Source: Amphiura filiformis (lineage: Eukaryota). From it: a DNA stretch of 64,000 bases. A program made the position numbers and the translations under genes. The notes beneath the pieces are model-generated. The model did no database searches and had not been told where the DNA came from. It saw nothing but the letters and a program-made list of their open reading frames with translations. How positions within the stretch are numbered: position 1 is the stretch's first letter; every line of letters starts with the position of its first letter. Shown here in pieces: positions 59,281 through 64,000 of this stretch. The stretch is taken from the NCBI RefSeq assembly GCF_039555335.1, contig NC_092630.1, forward strand, positions 31,148,769 through 31,212,768. Reading direction: 5' to 3'.

Positions 59281-61848
59281 TAAGACCCAAATGGAATCTA
59301 TGTATTACATTACCATTCATCCGTTTCCTGTTGCAACAAAAGGATCTTTAACTACTGGGACAGCCTTTTCTCATGTTATCTTCAATTAGCTGAAGGCACT
59401 AGTTGGCATTTATTTAAGATAACTTCAAGGATTTGTTAAGCCTTCCGTTAAACTAGCTAATGTGAAACAGACCAATTTTTTTAAACTCCTTTTACATCAT
59501 AGAATTTGTCCTTTCATGTAATACTGATTTCATTACTTTCATCATTTAGAGCCAAATTAGAGCCCAAAGCAGTAGATCGCTAGGAGTTGAATTCAAGTCA
59601 ACTCGGGAGCAGAGGCTTACATGAAGGTGATACCTATACTCTGATCAGCTCGTAATTGACGGGACTCATAACATTGTGGATTGATATAGAATAGCATACA
59701 CACAGCTGGGCGTAGCACTTGCGCGAACTGCGCTTTGCGTATTGCATGACTGATGCGCTTTTTTTGTGTGATTTTACGCAGGCATAAATGGGGTCTTTAA
59801 TGACTCGTGCAGCAACAAAAAAACCAAATAAATCTTGGCTATTACAAGCTGATCATAGTATAGAATTCCAACCTCGGCATATACATCAAGACCTTGTTCA
59901 TATAATTAGATAAATAGACTTTCATAATATTCTGTCACATGTCTGGTCTCCTTTATAATTATATAGCGGCAAATCAAATCTGCATGAGCATATAGACTGC
60001 TCAACCAATCACTGTATCACTAGATAAGTGACAAATCATTCACCCTGTGCATTGTTTAATCTGTCACTAGGATCCACAACATGTTCATCTGTCAAGGCAC
60101 GGTTCTTTAACCCCAATACATTAGTACATTCATAGAATGACCTTTGAAAATTTGGGTACAAAAACTCATACTCTGCAACTTTATGTCAAATTTTGCCCTA
60201 TGATTGTTTAATTGAGGTTATTGAACTATGCCTTTGGGATGAGGCAATTGTGGTCCATAGTGTGTACAGAAGTATTTACTGCATTAATAAATATTCTCAT
60301 TTTTCAACTTTTTTGTCTCAAATATTATCAAAATAATAGCCAATTAATTTGTTGTCGGCAGCCGCAAAATTGATCAAGCAAAATCAGTCTGAAGTTGGGC
60401 ATATTTAATTTTCAGTTTCTATATGATTGCATCAATAATTTGTAAAGTTACATTTTGCAGAAAACCCCATTGAAATTGAACATTTAGTTCCAAAGATATG
60501 AACAGTTAAAATGTTTCCAAAACAATAGGCTAGAAAAGATATTATTTCTTTTGTTTGGCTATATCTCAAAATCAATATTTCTAACTTCTAACTGATTTTG
60601 CTTGATCACATCACAAATTAGTTACATGTATGAAGAAGTTATTTTATCAATTGCAGTTACTAAAACAATGTCAAAATTTCATCCCAATTTGAAAAGCACA
60701 TTTTGTGGTCATGTAAATGTTGTATACAAGGAGAAGTTTAGGCCCTTGAAACTTGATTCCTTGTTTCCCGTCACCCGTGCTCATTATGAAATGAAATTTT
60801 GCCCGCATTCGTGAATCCGAAAAAAATTCATTATTTGGCACACAAGCCCTTGCAACATATATATACATGTATGGGTGGTGCTAAAAGGGTTAAAAATTTA
60901 GCTTCTACAACCCTTACATGCAAGTACACATTCTACTAAAATATTAAAAAGGTGTACTGCAGGGCAGTACCTGTAATGAAACTTGGGTGGGTTAAAACTG
61001 ATCCCAAGGTCTCGTCAAGACGCCGTATAAGTTGTTGCTCACATACTGTACCGAAACTGCCACCTATTACAAATTGTCAATACATCATAGCACCACACAC
61101 TGAAGGACATACGCAGAAAAGTAAATGGGTTACAAATCAAACACTATTATCTGGGATTGAGAAAACATTTCAATCACCAGATGTAACCTGGGTTTTATTG
61201 TCATGATAGCCACAATTTTGCAAGTCAAATCTGTTTCATCACACATTTTGTCAGTTGCAACATGTGTTTAATTTCTAAGCATTACTGATTTATTGTTATT
61301 ATCATTTCCCCCACCAATTTATAATATATGACATGCCATATCACAAGGAGACACTTTTGGGTAGGTTATCAATTTTGAGTGTTTTACATATCTTAAATAT
61401 AGAAATATTTTGCTCCACAATGCTGTTTTCCCCAATGAAATCGTACATTCCTAAGCACATTCCTAATATTGAGTTCGTTAGTTATGGTATTATAAAATTG
61501 GAAATTGAGATATCAGCCTTTAAAAATATTATTGACAATGTTGAGAGTAGGAATGACCGTTAAAAACATCTGAAAAAATACAAGATGCCAATTATATTCC
61601 GGTCTGAAACTATCAGACAATATTTTGAACATTATTAACATCACAAATTTGCAACAACCCAGAATTGTGAATATATCACCCCCGGACAGATTTTCGGCTA
61701 TTTCTCCATTTACAATCCTGCCCAAAAGTGTCTCCTTTTGATATACCACGTCACATATATATTAGTATTCTGAATACAAAGAAAATCAAAGCGGTAATTA
61801 ACATGTTCCAAGTATTCACATTCTATTATTGTACAGCTAGCTATTTTA

Positions 61849-62108
61849 GGGACCGTTCACAAACACTTGTTAGGGGGGGCCTGATGCAAAAAAAATTTCG
61901 GGCCCCCCTTTACAGACCTCGAAAATTTCAGGGCAACCCCTTTTTGACATGTAAAGTATGGGTCAACCCCATAGAAAAGCATATAAACTCAATTTTCCCA
62001 GGAAAATTTGTGGTCATTTTTTTCAGGCCCCCCTTAGGAGGGTCAAAATTTTCAGGGCCCCCTTTTTGCATCAGGCCCCCCCTAACAAGTGTTTGTGAAC
62101 GGTCCCTT
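61849..62108. mobile_element. MITE with ~45-bp TIRs (gggaccgttcacaaacacttgttagggggggcctgatgcaaaaa).
   Basis: Near-perfect terminal inverted repeats, with internal inverted gggcccccctt motifs. Confidence 0.75.
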
Positions 62109-62162
62109 ATGTCCAATTGTGTAAATTGATGTCTTTGTCCAAGAGGCCGGTCGACTGCATAT

Positions 62163-62273
62163 CCGTCAGTACACGCTTTTCAATACGGAATAAATGCTAA
62201 CCTCATCGTGACATCATCCAAGCAGCAAAGTTCATTTCCCATTGAAAAAGCGTGTATTGACGGATATGCAGTT
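62163..62273. repeat. 110-bp hairpin (ctgcatatccgtcagtacacgcttttcaat .. attgaaaaagcgtgtattgacggatatgcag).
   Basis: Inverted repeat around a ~45-bp loop. Confidence 0.7.
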
Positions 62274-62787
62274 TACCGTTCTGCCAACCTGCAAGTATAT
62301 TTCCAATAAGTTAACTTTTCATACCATTCTACCAACTAAACTACCTATCACTCTTTCTGCACTCTCTTGTAATGATTGCAAATGTTACATAACTTGCATC
62401 CATTCCCTGTAATACCAATTTAAATTCTGTAAAGTCCATACAGTACAGTGACTATTTACCTTTAAAAAAAATTAGAAACCTCAGAAACTGAAAATAGTTC
62501 TCACAGGTACACACATCTACTAAAAACATTTACGTTGGTTAAGTTTAAAATATTAATAAAATCACAGTTAACCTTATTACTTTAAATAGTTTAATGATAA
62601 AATATAGAGATATTTATAAATCTTAGCATATATACTTTAAATAAAATGATTTCTACTTTCAGTTCATTTGAAAATCATTTCTTTGCGTTACACAGTTATT
62701 TCAATGCTGCAAAGTGTGTTACATACCCATTTCAATGATACAGTGTTACATACCCATTTCAGTGATGCAATGTGTACATACATAAAA

Positions 62788-63005
62788 AAAAAAAAAAAGG
62801 TTTGTCTCAAAGCTCACAAGTGGTTTGAAAACAAACACAATTTTTTTTTTATATTCCCAACTTGGTATTTTTATGGTATTTTGAGAAAAAAAGTGATTTT
62901 CGCTGAATTTTTCTGGAAAAAATCTATAATTTTTTTTTTAAATAAAAAAAATTTCATCGCACGATTTTACAAATGCGCACGCAAGCTTTAAGACAAACCC
63001 CTTTT
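62788..63005. mobile_element. Second copy of the GGTTTGTCTCAAAG-TIR MITE.
   Basis: aaaaaaaggtttgtctcaaagctcacaag .. gcaagctttaagacaaaccc. Confidence 0.6.
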
Positions 63006-63355
63006 TTTGGCCTAATTGTCATATCACTGATTAGAGTACCATGCATGAGATGTGAAAAATAGGACCAAATCGTCCATTTTTACTACTGATATGGTTTCTA
63101 TATTACTGCTTGATACTCTAATATCAAGGGTCTGTGTATGAGGACAACAGGGTAAAATCTGGCATTGTATGTCCAATTACAACATTGGGCTTTTAATGGT
63201 AAACTGAAAACACTATACCATACTCATTTGGACTTTTCACATTGTAAATGTTAACACTATTATTACGACTGTTCCGCAATCCACATACAGAGTGATGCGT
63301 GTCAGTGTTTCATCTCAACATTTTATGTCATCCCATTTTGTGCTCAGATAATAAT

Positions 63356-63810
63356 GCTGGTTTCATACTTTCTGCCGCTTGCTGCATGATGCTTGATCAT
63401 GCCACTTACAGGCATTAAAACTGGTCTTGGAAAAAAACACTGAAAACCATGTTTTATACCCAGGTTTTATACCATTTTCTGTGAATTTGATTTAGAAATA
63501 GGCTGAAAAATACTGAAAACAGTAACAAAAAACACTGAAATCAGCTAAAATGCTGAAAATTTTCATGCCTGCACTTACACTTGTCTGCAAGTGGAGCAGC
63601 ACACCATATTTTATTCTCATACGTGCAGAGCGGCTCCGCTCCGAGTTGACTTGAATTCAACTCCCAGCGATGCTGCCGCTTGGGCAAAGCAGTGGGGTGA
63701 TCGATATATCGGCTTGCAGCTGGTTACCGCAATGCGTTTCTGGTGCGACTGCGCAGTGAAGCATAATCATCTTCAGAGCGGCAAAGTGGCAGGAAAGTAT
63801 GAAACCTGCA
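63356..63810. mobile_element. MITE (~455 bp) with TIR GGTTTCATACTTTC(C)TGCCGCTTGC, the full-length relative of the 37300-37462 element.
   Basis: tggtttcatactttctgccgcttgctgc .. gagcggcaaagtggcaggaaagtatgaaacc. Confidence 0.6.
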
Positions 63811-64000
63811 TAATTTATAATATTGAATATTGAATATATCTGTTAAATGACTGTATAGCGGCAAATTTCCACAAGGTTTTGATTTTCGCACTTTTCACAG
63901 TCAATTTCAAAACATCTATATTTAGAAGCCCGCAAAAATATTTTTACCCATGCATTAATGTGTAACTGTTCCACAAAAATGCTCCGAACAGTTCAAATTG

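Overview
This is eukaryotic (metazoan) genomic DNA: AT-rich, intron-rich and saturated with transposon-derived repeats. No prokaryotic-style gene array and no CRISPR were seen. The one host protein-coding gene I can support is a major vault protein (MVP) orthologue on the minus strand. I rebuilt it by aligning minus-strand translations to the vertebrate MVP sequence from memory. It has at least 24 coding exons, from the ATG at 52068 down to at least 15884 (about 36 kb), and the exons read colinearly from the N-terminal repeat domains to the C-terminal coiled coil. Almost every junction has a canonical AG/GT site and a consistent phase. The exceptions are one probable GC-AG intron and one unresolved phase problem at exons 14/15. 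The last coding exon(s) and the 3' UTR were not found with confidence.

Everything else is mobile DNA and repeats, much of it inside MVP introns:
- A 3.3-kb foldback element (5690-9010) whose arms are inverted tandem arrays of a ~31-bp unit.
- Two non-LTR retrotransposon fragments. One is a CR1/L2-like reverse transcriptase with an intact 296-aa ORF and a (CCTTGTA)n tail (32040-33200, minus). The other carries a dual PHD-finger ORF plus an APE endonuclease but no RT (43030-44760, minus).
- More than 20 MITEs and other short terminal-inverted-repeat (TIR) elements from several families, some in two copies.
- tRNA-derived SINE-like sequences (9441, 31085, 17049, 35385, 51103, 55305, 57030).
- An interstitial (TTAGGG)n array bounded by 22-bp inverted repeats, abutting an MVP exon (35925-36100).
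- A ~125-bp-unit satellite (26600-27830), 35-bp minisatellites (53810-54700, 57520-57670) and several tandem duplications.

TTAGGG telomeric repeats plus large foldback elements with tandem-repeat arms fit a deuterostome invertebrate, possibly an echinoderm, but the taxonomic call is low confidence. All coordinates were derived by hand and may be off by a few bases.
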